IMG/VR virus record: IMGVR_UViG_3300042541_000156
Span: 1 to 39,450 of that record
From: a virus
Lineage: Duplodnaviria > Caudoviricetes
Length of the DNA: 39,450 nucleotides
Reading direction: 5' to 3' (one strand)
A model generated the notes under the pieces. The model ran no database searches. It was not told where the DNA came from and was given only the letters and a program-made list of their open reading frames with translations. This document shows positions 1-10,022 of this stretch, piece by piece (positions within the stretch are counted from its first letter, which is position 1; each line of letters starts with the position of its first letter). Both the position numbers and the translations under genes were made by a program.

Positions 1-1149
1 TATACCTTGTAATCCTTGTGCACCAGTGGCACCAGTTGCACCTGTATTACCAGTATCACCTTTTATACCTTGTAATCCTTGTGCACCAGTGGCACCAGTT
101 GCACCTGTATTACCAGTATCACCTTTTATACCCTGAATACCTTGTAATCCTTGTGAACCAGTTGCACCTGTATTACCAGTATCACCTTTTATACCCTGAA
201 TACCTTGTAATCCTTGTGAACCAGTTGCACCTGTATTACCAGTATCACCTTTTATACCCTGAATACCTTGTAATCCTTGAGCGCCTAATATACCTTGAGC
301 ACCAGTGGCACCTGTTGTACCCTGAGCACCAGTTGTACCCTGAGCACCAGTGGCACCAGTTGTACCCTGAGCACCTGTTGTACCTTGAACACCTTGAGCG
401 CCTAATATACCCTGAGCACCAGTAGCACCAGTTGTTCCTTGAGTACCTGTTGTACCTTGAGCACCTGTAGTTCCTTGTCTACCTTGAACACCTTGAACAC
501 CTTGAGCGCCTAATATACCCTGAGCACCAGTAGCACCAGTTGTTCCTTGAGTACCTGTTGTACCCTGAGCACCAGTGGCACCAGTTGTACCCTGAGCACC
601 AGTGGCACCAGTTGTTCCTTGAGTACCTGTTGTACCCTGAGCACCAGTAGCACCAGTTGTTCCTTGAGTACCTGTTGTACCCTGAGCACCAGTGGCACCA
701 GTTGTACCTTGAGCACCAGTAGCACCAGTTGTTCCTTGAGTACCTGTTGTACCCTGAGCACCAGTTATACCTTGAGATCCAGTTGTTCCTTGAGTGCCTG
801 TCGTGCCTTGTGAACCAGTAGCACCAGTTGTTCCCTGAGCACCTGTAGTTCCTTGTCTACCTTGAACACCTTGAGCGCCTAATATACCCTGAGCACCAGT
901 GGCACCAGTTGTACCTTGAACACCTTGAGCGCCTAATATACCTTGAGCACCAGTGGCACCAGTTGTACCTTGAGCGCCAGTGGCACCAGTTGTACCTTGA
1001 GCGCCTGTTGTACCTTGAGCGCCTGTCGTACCTTGAGTACCAGTTGTTCCCTGAGCACCTGTAGTTCCTTGTCTACCTTGAACACCTTGAGCGCCTAATA
1101 TACCTTGAGTACCCTGAGTTCCAGTTGTACCTTGAAGACCTTGAATACC
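1..1149 (-). repeat. Collagen Gly-X-Y block 2 (about 127 triplets visible), with 63-bp tandem units near 20-280
   Basis: 9-bp periodicity (acc/tcc = Gly codon on the minus strand); repeated unit gttgcacctgtattaccagtatcaccttttatacc. Confidence 0.9.
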
Positions 1150-4100
1150 TGCAGCAAAGGGTGCAGTCCATTGAATTCCACTTCCAGTCGCGACTAAAAT
1201 AGAACCGTTAGTGCCCACATTATTATTAAAGTCGTAAAGACCAGAACGAAGTCTTACATTTCCATTAACGTCCAATTTTTGAGTTGGACTTGTCGTTCCA
1301 ATTCCAACATTTCCACCATAAGCTGCAAACTCAATTGTTCCATCCGCATCTACATCTATACTTGGTATACCAGAAACATCATTAACTGAGAAAATCGATC
1401 CGGTAGTAAGATTGTTTGTAATACTGAAAAGTTGCCCAGCAGAACCTTCAAACGATAATGTTCCAGAATTCAAGCTATCATATGGAATGATATCTATTGC
1501 AGTACCAATTCCAAAAGCTCCAGTAGAAGGATTATATTGTAATTTAGTACTTGTTACATTAAGAGTTGTTGAAATTCCTGATGTAGCAGTTACAAATCCA
1601 ATAAAGGCATTGGTAGATGTTGTATCGTTAACAATTGTAAATCCACCATTATTAGCACCTTGAATACCTTGAGTTCCTTGTGATCCAATTGTGCCTTGAG
1701 TACCAGTTGTACCTTGAGCGCCTGTAGTTCCTTGTCTACCTTGAACACCTTGAGCGCCTGTTGTACCCTGTGTACCTGTTGTACCCTGTGATCCAGTTGT
1801 ACCTTGAGCACCAGTAGTGCCTTGAGCGCCTGTCGTACCCTGAGTGCCTACTGTTCCTTGAGTACCTGTTGTACCTTGTGTGCCTCCAGTACCAGCAGTG
1901 CCGTTTACACCCGAAGTGCCTTGAATACCCGTTGTACCTTGTGAACCTGTAGTGCCTTGAGCGCCTAATATACCTTGAATGCCTTGTGTACCCTGAGCAC
2001 CTGTTGTACCTTGAGATCCAGTTGTACCTTGAGTGCCTGTTGTACCTTGAGCACCAGTAGTACCTTGTGAACCTGTAGTGCCTTGAGCGCCTAATATACC
2101 TTGAATGCCTTGTGTACCTTGAGATCCAGTTGTACCTTGTGAACCTGTAGTGCCTTGTGATCCAGTTGTACCTTGAGCGCCTGTAGTTCCTTGTCTACCT
2201 TGAACACCTTGAGCGCCTGTTGTACCCTGTGTACCTGTTGTACCCTGAGCACCTGTTGTACCTTGAGATCCAGTTGTACCTTGAGTGCCTGTAGCACCTT
2301 GAGCACCAGTAGTGCCTTGAATGCCTTGTGTACCTTGAGATCCAGTTGTACCTTGTGAACCTGTAGTGCCTTGAGCACCAGTAGTGCCTTGAATGCCTTG
2401 TGTACCTTGAGTGCCTGTTGTACCTTGAGCACCAGTTATACCTTGAATGCCTTGTGTACCTTGAGTGCCTGTTGTACCTTGAGCACCAGTTATACCTTGA
2501 ATGCCTTGTGTACCCTGAGCACCTGTTGTACCTTGAATGCCTTGTGTACCTTGAGTGCCTGTTGTACCTTGAGCACCAGTAGTACCTTGAGCACCAGTTA
2601 TACCTTGAGCACCAGTAGTGCCTTGAGTGCCTGTCGTGCCTTGTGAACCTAATACACCTTGTGTACCTTGAGTGCCTGTCGTGCCTTGTGAACCTGTTGT
2701 TCCCTGTGATCCAGTAGCACCTTGTGAACCTGTTGTACCTTGTGTACCCTGAGCACCTGTTGTACCTTGAGATCCAGTTGTACCTTGAGCACCAGTAGTA
2801 CCTTGAGCACCAGTTATACCTTGAGCACCAGTAGTGCCTTGTGTACCCTGAGATCCAGTTGTACCTTGTGAACCTGTTGTACCTTGTGAACCTGTTGTTC
2901 CCTGTGCACCAGTTGTACCTTGTGAACCTGTTGTACCTTGTGAACCTGTTGTTCCCTGTGCACCAGTTGTACCTTGTGAACCTGTTGTTCCCTGTGCACC
3001 AGTTGTACCCTGAGATCCAGTTGTACCCTGAGATCCAGTTGTACCTTGTGAACCTGTTGTTCCCTGTGATCCAGTAGCACCTTGTGAACCTGTTGTACCC
3101 TGAGATCCAGTTATACCTTGAGTGCCCTGTGCACCTGTTGTACCTTGTGTACCCTGAGATCCAGTTATACCTTGAGTGCCCTGTGCACCTGTTGTACCTT
3201 GTGTACCCTGAGATCCAGTTATACCTTGAGCGCCTGTTGTGCCCTGAGCACCTTGAACTCCTTGAGCACCAGTTATACCTTGAGCGCCTGTTGTACCCTG
3301 TGATCCAATTGTACCTTGAGCACCTTGAGAACCTTGTAAACCATCAGTACCCTGGGCACCTTGTGATCCAATTATACCTTGAGCACCTTGTAAACCATCA
3401 GTTCCCTGTGCACCTTGTATTCCTGTGGCACCTTGAGCACCTTGAGCACCTTGTAAACCATCAGTTCCCTGTGCACCTTGTATTCCTGTGGCACCTTGAG
3501 CACCTTGAGTACCCTGTAAACCATCAGTTCCCTGTGCACCTTGTATTCCTGTGGCACCTTGAGCACCTTGAGTACCTTGTAAACCATCAGTGCCTTGTGC
3601 GCCCTGTATGCCTGTGGCGCCTTGCGATCCTGTAATACCCTGAGCACCATCAGCGCCTTGAAGACCTTGCGCGCCTAAAATTCCTTGAAGACCTTGAGCG
3701 CCAGTTGTTCCCTGAGCACCTTGAGCACCTGTTATACCTTGACTACCCTGTGCGCCTATATTACCTTGAATGCCTTGAGTGCCTTGAGCACCAATTTCAC
3801 CTTGAATGCCTTGAGTGCCTTGAGCACCAGTTTCACCTTGAATACCTTGTGAACCTATTGTACCTTGCGATCCTTGAACACCTATAGTTCCTTGAAGACC
3901 TTGTAGACCTTGAATACCAATTGTACCTTGAGGTCCTTGAAGACCTATAGCACCTTGAACACCTTGAATACCCTGAGGCCCTTGAGGTCCTTGAGGTCCC
4001 TGAGATCCTTGTGCGCCGAGAGCATCGTATGCATCGCTTAAGCGCCAGATAAGACCGTCACTGTGATATCGATTGCCGTCGTCAAGTTGTACCTGTCGAC

Positions 4101-4200
4101 CTTTATAGTCTATAGGATTTAATGCTGCTAGATCACCACTGGTAATAACAAACAAACCGTCGTCAACTAATTGTTTGTTTGATAGAAATTTATTCGACAT
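1..4200 (-). CDS. Giant collagen-like fibre protein (>=1400 aa, C-terminus beyond the left edge)
   Basis: Manual translation from the ATG at 4200 (TAATG overlap with the upstream stop): [42 protein letters not shown]..., then Gly-X-Y triplets ([15 protein letters not shown]) at 4017-1651, a globular insert at 1650-1150 containing [18 protein letters not shown], and more Gly-X-Y down to base 1 in the same frame. It is absent from the ORF track because its stop codon lies outside the window. Confidence 0.93.
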   Translation of the reverse strand, partial: MSNKFLSNKQLVDDGLFVITSGDLAALNPIDYKGRQVQLDDGNRYHSDGLIWRLSDAYDALGAQGSQGPQGPQGPQGIQGVQGAIGLQGPQGTIGIQGLQGLQGTIGVQGSQGTIGSQGIQGETGAQGTQGIQGEIGAQGTQGIQGNIGAQGSQGITGAQGAQGTTGAQGLQGILGAQGLQGADGAQGITGSQGATGIQGAQGTDGLQGTQGAQGATGIQGAQGTDGLQGTQGAQGATGIQGAQGTDGLQGAQGAQGATGIQGAQGTDGLQGAQGIIGSQGAQGTDGLQGSQGAQGTIGSQGTTGAQGITGAQGVQGAQGTTGAQGITGSQGTQGTTGAQGTQGITGSQGTQGTTGAQGTQGITGSQGTTGSQGATGSQGTTGSQGTTGSQGTTGSQGTTGAQGTTGSQGTTGAQGTTGSQGTTGSQGTTGAQGTTGSQGTTGSQGTTGSQGTQGTTGAQGITGAQGTTGAQGTTGSQGTTGAQGTQGTTGSQGATGSQGTTGSQGTTGTQGTQGVLGSQGTTGTQGTTGAQGITGAQGTTGAQGTTGTQGTQGIQGTTGAQGTQGIQGITGAQGTTGTQGTQGIQGITGAQGTTGTQGTQGIQGTTGAQGTTGSQGTTGSQGTQGIQGTTGAQGATGTQGTTGSQGTTGAQGTTGTQGTTGAQGVQGRQGTTGAQGTTGSQGTTGSQGTTGSQGTQGIQGILGAQGTTGSQGTTGAQGTTGTQGTTGSQGTTGAQGTQGIQGILGAQGTTGSQGTTGIQGTSGVNGTAGTGGTQGTTGTQGTVGTQGTTGAQGTTGAQGTTGSQGTTGTQGTTGAQGVQGRQGTTGAQGTTGTQGTIGSQGTQGIQGANNGGFTIVNDTTSTNAFIGFVTATSGISTTLNVTSTKLQYNPSTGAFGIGTAIDIIPYDSLNSGTLSFEGSAGQLFSITNNLTTGSIFSVNDVSGIPSIDVDADGTIEFAAYGGNVGIGTTSPTQKLDVNGNVRLRSGLYDFNNNVGTNGSILVATGSGIQWTAPFAAGIQGLQGTTGTQGTQGILGAQGVQGRQGTTGAQGTTGTQGTTGAQGTTGAQGTTGATGAQGTTGATGAQGILGAQGVQGTTGATGAQGILGAQGVQGRQGTTGAQGTTGATGSQGTTGTQGTTGSQGITGAQGTTGTQGTTGATGAQGTTGATGAQGTTGTQGTTGATGAQGTTGTQGTTGATGAQGTTGATGAQGTTGTQGTTGATGAQGILGAQGVQGVQGRQGTTGAQGTTGTQGTTGATGAQGILGAQGVQGTTGAQGTTGATGAQGTTGAQGTTGATGAQGILGAQGLQGIQGIKGDTGNTGATGSQGLQGIQGIKGDTGNTGATGSQGLQGIQGIKGDTGNTGATGATGAQGLQGIKGDTGNTGATGATGAQGLQGI
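1651..4017 (-). repeat. Collagen Gly-X-Y block 1 (about 263 triplets), with internal tandem duplications such as 63-bp units near 3380-3600
   Basis: 9-bp periodicity; Gly register is consistent between both ends of the block; near-identical units ccttgtaaaccatcagttccctgtgcaccttgtattcctgtggcacc. Confidence 0.9.
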
Positions 4201-4688
4201 TATATGATACCTACACCCACATGCTCTGCCGAAGCTTGTTCATTAGCTGAAGCCCAAACATCACATGCTCCCGAAACGCTAGATTTTACCTGGATCGAAT
4301 CGCCGTTTGCGGTTGCAAGATTTCTTTTGATTAGGGATCTTCCTTGTAACGGAATAGCTACACTCTCGCCTGCAGGAATAAGAGTTGCGCCCAATGCATC
4401 ATTTACAACTGAAGCTGTATTTCCTTCTGCGATAAAACGAACTTCAATTATGCAAGAACCACCAGTTTTGTTTTTGACTATAAGTGGTGTTAGAAAGAAT
4501 ATTTCACCTGCTGCAATACCTCGAGAAGGATAAGAGGGATCTCTAGCATCAGGATATTGTGACTCTGAGGGATCGGGAACAGAAAAGTCTGGTGCTTCTG
4601 CGATTGTAACAAATGTATTAGGAACACTCTCGTAACGAATGTTTACAGGTTTACCTGTTGATGGTTGGCGACATGTAATTCTTGCCAT
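4200..4688 (-). CDS. Hypothetical protein, probable virion or fibre-associated beta-rich protein (162 aa)
   Basis: TAATG-coupled on both sides, between the fibre-like gene and the collagen gene. Confidence 0.6.
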   Translation of the reverse strand: MARITCRQPSTGKPVNIRYESVPNTFVTIAEAPDFSVPDPSESQYPDARDPSYPSRGIAAGEIFFLTPLIVKNKTGGSCIIEVRFIAEGNTASVVNDALGATLIPAGESVAIPLQGRSLIKRNLATANGDSIQVKSSVSGACDVWASANEQASAEHVGVGII

Positions 4689-6544
4689 TAAAATCCTCCA
4701 AATGTAATAGCTGCGCGAGTAGCTTCACGTTTTGTAGGTGCAATAAATCCGCGACCTCCCATACCAAATCTTGCGTCAATTGTGACATCACCAGCAAAGA
4801 TAGCATTACCATCACTATCTTGTCCTGTAGCAATGACAAGAGCGCCATCTTGTTCTAAAATACTGTCTCTGATTGGCAATCTTGACTGTGCTGGTGGAAT
4901 TTTAATTTGCCAAACACCAATCATGTTAGCTGTCCAAGTATGACCAATAGCCTCAATTCTACTTGGTTCAGTGCGTGTTTGTGGACTATCGATTGTGCTT
5001 TTTACCGCAATAGTGGCATTATTTACCATAGTCTGTGATGTGGCGTCTACACCAGTAAGAGCGTTAATTTGGTCTCTTATGTAATCATAACAAAACTTAA
5101 ATTGTGTTTTCTTGTCGCTCGACAATACAGGATTACCAACAGCGTCAAACAATACCAATTGGAAACGTTCAATCATATCTGAACCACCACCACGCAACAT
5201 TTCTTCAAGTGCTTTAATCCAAACACTACCGTCATATCGAGTGTATTCTTGATCATATGCGTCCCAAGCAGATATAGTACCTGTTGCTGTTAATGCTGTC
5301 CACATATTATTAATGATTGTAGTAGAGGCTGCCGCAACAGCGTTTGCAGCAGTTGTGTTTGGTGTCATTGTTCCTGATATTGCATAAGGAACGCCGATGT
5401 TGCGTGAACCTGATGCAACTAGCGAATAGTCACCAAACTGCGTAGAACAAGAACTGAGAATGATTTGACCACCGCTCATTGCTAAGAAGTGTTTGTGGGC
5501 CCACATAGAGATGGCGTTAACAGCGTTGATTAGTCCGCCATTCTTTGCACAATAACCAATACCATTGTATGTTACAGGTGTTGCACCCCATGTCATGATG
5601 TTTGGAAAGATCGAATATTGAGAACAAACAAGACCGTCTGCTATAACAACGCCAGGTCCTCTTGGATATTGTGGATTTCCATTTAGAGGATCTAGTTTAC
5701 CTCCAACAACGCTTATAGGCTGTGAACATCTTACAGCACACTTATGAGCGTATGGTACGCGCGTGATGACTGCACCAGGTCTAAAACTGAATGCAAAACC
5801 TTCTGTAGGATCTGTCAAACTATTTAAGCGGAAATTCTCAATGATAAATCCTTCAACAAAACATCCTGATCCCATACGAAATACGTTGCGCTCTTCAAAG
5901 TTAGGAACAGGACGAATGAATACTGAACGATGGGCAGCTTGTACAATACAACCATCAGGTAAATCTAACCAACCTTGTGTGTAATAAACACCAGGTGATA
6001 CTTTGATAAGAACAATATCGTTTCTTGCAGTTGCAACTGCAAGAGCTTTTTCTAGCGATGCAAAAGGAGAATATTCGCTTGTGCCGTCATTTGCAGTATC
6101 GCTACCTGTTGTAGAAACAAATAATGTCCTCGAAAGTGATGGAAGAGCACCAGGTAAACCAACATCACCAACATTTGTCCACATACCTGCACGACGAATC
6201 TGAAGAAAATCTGTTTCTTCATTATAGATAACAAGACCATCAGGAGGATTAGGAATAGCATCTCGCTCTGTTGTAGTCATTCGAGGGAACAATAGACCCT
6301 TGTCTCTTGCCCATAAGTCTAGAACGGCAGCTTGGCTCGGTTGCTGTATAGGAATTTGTCCTCGTGCACCCATAGCTGTAGAGCCTTGAGGTGTAATAGA
6401 GAACATAGAATTTGAATTGATTTTGAAATCGACTAGTTTAGTGTTTGCGGCATAAGAGATAGCATTGACATTCATGCCAATGCCAACAAACACATTCGAT
6501 GTATTAGCCCAAGTCGCTCTTAAATTTGAAATAGGTGTTGGCAT
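4688..6544 (-). CDS. Tail fibre/spike-like structural protein with a probable pectin-lyase-like beta-helix (618 aa)
   Basis: GLLFPRMTTTERDAIPNPPDGLVIYN fibre motif; TLFVSTTGSDTANDGTSEYSPFASLEKAL...IKVSPGVY beta-helix cap motif; C-terminal GHTW...VIATGQDSDGN resembles T4-like cyanophage structural proteins. Confidence 0.65.
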   Translation of the reverse strand: MPTPISNLRATWANTSNVFVGIGMNVNAISYAANTKLVDFKINSNSMFSITPQGSTAMGARGQIPIQQPSQAAVLDLWARDKGLLFPRMTTTERDAIPNPPDGLVIYNEETDFLQIRRAGMWTNVGDVGLPGALPSLSRTLFVSTTGSDTANDGTSEYSPFASLEKALAVATARNDIVLIKVSPGVYYTQGWLDLPDGCIVQAAHRSVFIRPVPNFEERNVFRMGSGCFVEGFIIENFRLNSLTDPTEGFAFSFRPGAVITRVPYAHKCAVRCSQPISVVGGKLDPLNGNPQYPRGPGVVIADGLVCSQYSIFPNIMTWGATPVTYNGIGYCAKNGGLINAVNAISMWAHKHFLAMSGGQIILSSCSTQFGDYSLVASGSRNIGVPYAISGTMTPNTTAANAVAAASTTIINNMWTALTATGTISAWDAYDQEYTRYDGSVWIKALEEMLRGGGSDMIERFQLVLFDAVGNPVLSSDKKTQFKFCYDYIRDQINALTGVDATSQTMVNNATIAVKSTIDSPQTRTEPSRIEAIGHTWTANMIGVWQIKIPPAQSRLPIRDSILEQDGALVIATGQDSDGNAIFAGDVTIDARFGMGGRGFIAPTKREATRAAITFGGF

Positions 6545-6879
6545 TAACCCTCTACCACGTAATACTTAAATTGATAATCTTGTGACAGAAGTCCTGTAAA
6601 ATGCTCTTCAAGAGCTACAATATTTCCATCACCATCATATATAGCATCCGCCAGAGCCTGTTCCCATTCGTCAGGCTCATATCTCAAATCATAATCAAGA
6701 GTAATGTTAAATTCTGTAAGAGTGAGAGTTGTTCCAGTCTCATTACCTACAATTGTCATACCAGCTTGAAAATTTCCATATATATCATAGATTACAATTA
6801 GTCCGGTATCTGGATAGTAGTTCTTAACTCTTGCTTGGTTATTACCTGAATACACAAGCTCGTTCAGCTGCCATGTCAT
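6544..6879 (-). CDS. Hypothetical protein, possibly baseplate-associated (111 aa)
   Basis: Coupled to its neighbours; GNFQAGMTIVGNETG resembles the beta-repeat of T4-like virion proteins. Confidence 0.55.
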   Translation of the reverse strand: MTWQLNELVYSGNNQARVKNYYPDTGLIVIYDIYGNFQAGMTIVGNETGTTLTLTEFNITLDYDLRYEPDEWEQALADAIYDGDGNIVALEEHFTGLLSQDYQFKYYVVEG

Positions 6880-7199
6880 TTACCACCACCAGCTCTACCA
6901 CCATAAACAACAACATCCATAGAGTGTCCTTTTGGATTAGTAGGACCGGTAGGATGTATAACAACGCAATCTTGTTTATCAGGAGCTGCAATGTCACCCA
7001 TCGCACAAATCACAAGTTTACCTTGAATGTAAACATTCTTAGCGCCGTACACAGCTTGCAATTGACCTCCATCGCAGTGTGTATCATAATCACCTTCAAC
7101 TGCCCACAATATACCATTCACTTTGACAGTGCTTTGTCCTGTAACGATTGTTGTAGCCTCACAAAATCTCTTATCGCCGTGACGATGGGCTCCTGGCAT
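6876..7199 (-). CDS. PAAR-like spike tip protein (gp5.4-like)
   Basis: MPGAHRHGD...C, GQSTVKVNGILWAVEGD..THC, KNVYIQGKLVICAMGD: PAAR-type repeats with His/Cys metal ligands. Confidence 0.8.
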   Translation of the reverse strand: MPGAHRHGDKRFCEATTIVTGQSTVKVNGILWAVEGDYDTHCDGGQLQAVYGAKNVYIQGKLVICAMGDIAAPDKQDCVVIHPTGPTNPKGHSMDVVVYGGRAGGGK

Positions 7200-7206
7200 T
7201 TTATTC

Positions 7207-7791
7207 CTATGCTACTTTCTTTGGTCTTCCTCTGCCGCGCTTTACAGGCTGCTCATCTGGCTTCTGTACATCTTCAATTGCGAAGACGCTAATACCTGTT
7301 GAACCTAATCCTCCGGCACGATCTGTTTTTTGAATTGGAGCATCGAAGATTTCCCAAAGAATATATTCCTCTGATTTAATCATTTCCGCTTGTGCAATCC
7401 TATCTCCATTATTTATCGTCTGATCTACACTGGAATTATTTGCAAGCAAAACAAAAGTTTCTTGGACATAATCCGAATCGATTACGGCTTCTAGGTTTGC
7501 TAAAACAAGACCTTGCTTAAGTGATAGCCCAGACCTAGGATGAATTCGTACCGAATATCCTTCTGGAATATCAAAGATCAATCCAGTAGGCACTAGAATA
7601 CGATCACCAGGCATGATCTTAATTGAGCCATTAGAAAGTTGCCTCGTTAATGGCGCATTGTACATATTGTATCCAGTATACTCAGTCTTGCCCGTAGATT
7701 GAAACGATAGATCGAAACAAGCTGCTTGTTTTGTTGCAAACTTAGGAAGATTGACGTTGGGATCTGTCTTAAAAATTCTCAAACGATTCAT
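7207..7791 (-). CDS. dut: Trimeric dUTPase with a C-terminal AT-hook-like tail
   Basis: Motifs AACFDL, PRSGLSLK, VIDSDY, GDRIAQ, RAGGLGSTG; tail KRGRGRPKK. Confidence 0.93.
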   Translation of the reverse strand: MNRLRIFKTDPNVNLPKFATKQAACFDLSFQSTGKTEYTGYNMYNAPLTRQLSNGSIKIMPGDRILVPTGLIFDIPEGYSVRIHPRSGLSLKQGLVLANLEAVIDSDYVQETFVLLANNSSVDQTINNGDRIAQAEMIKSEEYILWEIFDAPIQKTDRAGGLGSTGISVFAIEDVQKPDEQPVKRGRGRPKKVA

Positions 7792-7805
7792 TATATAGCT
7801 CCATG

Positions 7806-8204
7806 TTAAGTTTTACGTTTGCCAATATTGTATTTTGTTACCAGATTCCATTCCGTCTTTTCACGGTGTGATATGATTTTGATTTGTGAAAGGGGAGCGA
7901 CAGGAGTCTGGCTTTTAGCAGGATCAACAAGAATAGCCAATCTCCATTCTGATAGGAGATTGGCTATTGTATTCACACGACCACGATCCTCATCTGAGAA
8001 ATCGGAACTCTTATTGTCCAATAAGAATAGTTGTTTGAAGTGGATAATATAGTACTTGCCCTGCTTATGCAGAATGTGGCAAGATTGATATAAAGTCTTT
8101 TCTTTTTTAGATGCAACACCAATACGAGAAAGTGTTTCCTTAACTTTTAGGAAGTCATCAGGCTCAGCCAGTCTCACCTCTATTAAATCTTCTAAGTTTA
8201 GCAT
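7806..8204 (-). CDS. regA: RegA translational repressor
   Basis: DDFLKVKETLSRIGVAS, LYQSCHILHKQGKYYIIHFKQLF, EWNLVTKYNIG; the ATG at 8204 is preferred over the GTG at 8213. Confidence 0.95.
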   Translation of the reverse strand: MLNLEDLIEVRLAEPDDFLKVKETLSRIGVASKKEKTLYQSCHILHKQGKYYIIHFKQLFLLDNKSSDFSDEDRGRVNTIANLLSEWRLAILVDPAKSQTPVAPLSQIKIISHREKTEWNLVTKYNIGKRKT

Positions 8205-8583
8205 TAGGACCACCTTTGTTCAAAGTCTTTTTAATTTCTTCAAGTTGGTCATTTGTAAGCACTGTTAGAACGTCCTTTGCCTTTTCATTGGAATAATTGT
8301 AAGCTTCCTTAATGACTTCAAGATTGTCATCATCTTGTCTTTTTTGCCATTTCTGAAAAGGTCTTTTATATGACCTTACAGTATTTAGCAAATAGTGGTA
8401 CTGAAGAAGTCCATCTGTGGATGGTAACATATTCATCTGATTGGCCTGCATTACCATGTCCAGATGAAACGAGATGGATCTGTTAACCACATAGGGCACA
8501 TATTCCTTCTCGTTTTCACTGGTAATGACTTTCTTTTTGGTATGCTGGATGCTAGGGATAACGTCTTTAAAAAGATCCGTCAT
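8164..8583 (-). CDS. 62: Clamp loader small subunit (gp62)
   Basis: YVPYVVNRSISFHLD...ANQMN, YNYSNEKAKDVL; lies between gp44 and regA. Confidence 0.9.
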   Translation of the reverse strand: MTDLFKDVIPSIQHTKKKVITSENEKEYVPYVVNRSISFHLDMVMQANQMNMLPSTDGLLQYHYLLNTVRSYKRPFQKWQKRQDDDNLEVIKEAYNYSNEKAKDVLTVLTNDQLEEIKKTLNKGGPNAKLRRFNRGETG

Positions 8584-9521
8584 TGATATTCACAATCTAC
8601 CATAAGTTCTGTCAAACAAGCAACAAGATTGATTTCTTGGTCTGCAACAAATGCTGATTGATACCCATATTTGGCAATGATCAAAACAGCTTGTGGTACG
8701 CTTTCGGGCTTGAAATATTCCACAAGAGAGTCATAAATCTTGCGATACACACGGGCAGGTTCAATGTCAGAATTGGTAACACACCACTTTCTCATTTCTG
8801 AAAAGTTCTTGTCTTTCAGAAATTTGACAAGATCGGCAATCTTTCGAACATCTGAGAGTTGTGCAACGATGCCTGCATCCAAAGTGCCAGAAGAACTAAA
8901 CCGCTGTAGCTCATTAAGAGTACGACGATAGTCAGGAAAGTACTTCTCGACAATCTTTGCCACAACCGCTTTATCATAATCGATTCCTTCTGAAGTCAGA
9001 ATGTTAAGCAAACGCTTAAACAACTGAGATGCCATCTCTTGCTTTTCATCATTCTTCAATCCGAAATCGATTACCGAACAACGTGAATGAATCGCGTCGA
9101 TCAGCTTTGACTTGAAGTTACATGTAAGAATGAATGTGCAATTGCCTGCAAACTCTTCGATTGCACCACGCATAGCTGCTTGGGCTTCAGGAGTTAGATA
9201 GTCGGCTTCGTCTAGGATGATAACTTTCTTGCCACCCGTCAACGATACCGAAGATGCATAGTTACGAATAGTTGTTCGCAGCATATCAATACCTCTGTTT
9301 TCAGAAGCATTGATATACAGATGGTTGATCCCAATCTCATCACACATGGCTTTGGCAACTGTGGTCTTACCCACACCGGCAGTACCAGTTAACATGAGAT
9401 TGGGAATTTCTTTCTTATCCACATACTCCTGAAACGGCTTTTTCAGCCGCTCAGGAAGGATGCAGTCTCTTACGGTCTTTGGTCTATACTTTTCGACCCA
9501 GAGAAAAGATTCGCTCATCAA
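8580..9521 (-). CDS. 44: Clamp loader large subunit (gp44, RFC-like AAA+)
   Basis: LWVEKYRP, Walker A GTAGVGKTT, Walker B IILDEAD, SRC motif. Confidence 0.96.
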   Translation of the reverse strand: MMSESFLWVEKYRPKTVRDCILPERLKKPFQEYVDKKEIPNLMLTGTAGVGKTTVAKAMCDEIGINHLYINASENRGIDMLRTTIRNYASSVSLTGGKKVIILDEADYLTPEAQAAMRGAIEEFAGNCTFILTCNFKSKLIDAIHSRCSVIDFGLKNDEKQEMASQLFKRLLNILTSEGIDYDKAVVAKIVEKYFPDYRRTLNELQRFSSSGTLDAGIVAQLSDVRKIADLVKFLKDKNFSEMRKWCVTNSDIEPARVYRKIYDSLVEYFKPESVPQAVLIIAKYGYQSAFVADQEINLVACLTELMVDCEYQ

Positions 9522-10021
9522 TAAGTCCTTCTAACGTTGTAGCGAGATTTTAGCAGAATAGCACACGTTTCGTCAAGTGTCATAAAGTCTATTCTAAGAT
9601 TTTTCATTCTAGGCATCATTCTTATAGGCATAAATTTAGCGTAGATATGTTTAGGAATAACACCATCAAATCTAGCTTTGGTTGCTGCCGGATGTTTCTC
9701 GTCATCTCTTGATACATCATGAAGTTCTTTCATGAATCTATATACACGTTGACGTATCGAATACTCTGTAGCGCCCACATACAGACACGAGGTTTGTGTC
9801 TTGGTCTTTTCATAGAGAACGTATAGACCACCACCATTCACACCTGGAATGTCAGCTTTTCGAAAAAAGGTGCCTTCGCTATGAAGTGACATACCTAAAC
9901 CTTCGTTTGGTAATTCATATGAAATCACTTTATAGAAAGGCAACCCTATTCCGATAGTGACGATCTTTCTGGCATAGTCCCAGTTGTCCACATAAGTGTC
10001 ACCATAAAGATCGACGGCCAT
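9518..10021 (-). CDS. Putative GIY-YIG-like nuclease (167 aa)
   Basis: GLYVLY...LYVGAT...IRQRV matches the GIY-X(n)-YIG...R pattern. Confidence 0.5.
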   Translation of the reverse strand: MAVDLYGDTYVDNWDYARKIVTIGIGLPFYKVISYELPNEGLGMSLHSEGTFFRKADIPGVNGGGLYVLYEKTKTQTSCLYVGATEYSIRQRVYRFMKELHDVSRDDEKHPAATKARFDGVIPKHIYAKFMPIRMMPRMKNLRIDFMTLDETCAILLKSRYNVRRTY

Positions 10022-10022
10022 T

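Noticed and set aside
18-3887. Many short ORFs in the track over the repeat region (HQLYLE-, STCCTL-, VLKVQ-rich)
   Set aside because: They are shadow frames of the Gly-X-Y collagen gene, which is the single long minus-strand frame
1-4017. Repeats as a possible CRISPR array or DGR repeat pair
   Set aside because: 9-bp coding periodicity, no unique spacers, no cas or reverse transcriptase gene, and no adenine-specific variation noticed
6831-7292. 153-aa plus-strand ORF and other antisense ORFs across the window
   Set aside because: Fully antisense to well-supported genes, with no recognisable motifs
7410-8389. TAAATA motifs inside dut (7410) and gene 62 (8382) as late promoters
   Set aside because: The hexamer is expected often by chance in AT-rich coding DNA; not called without TSS data
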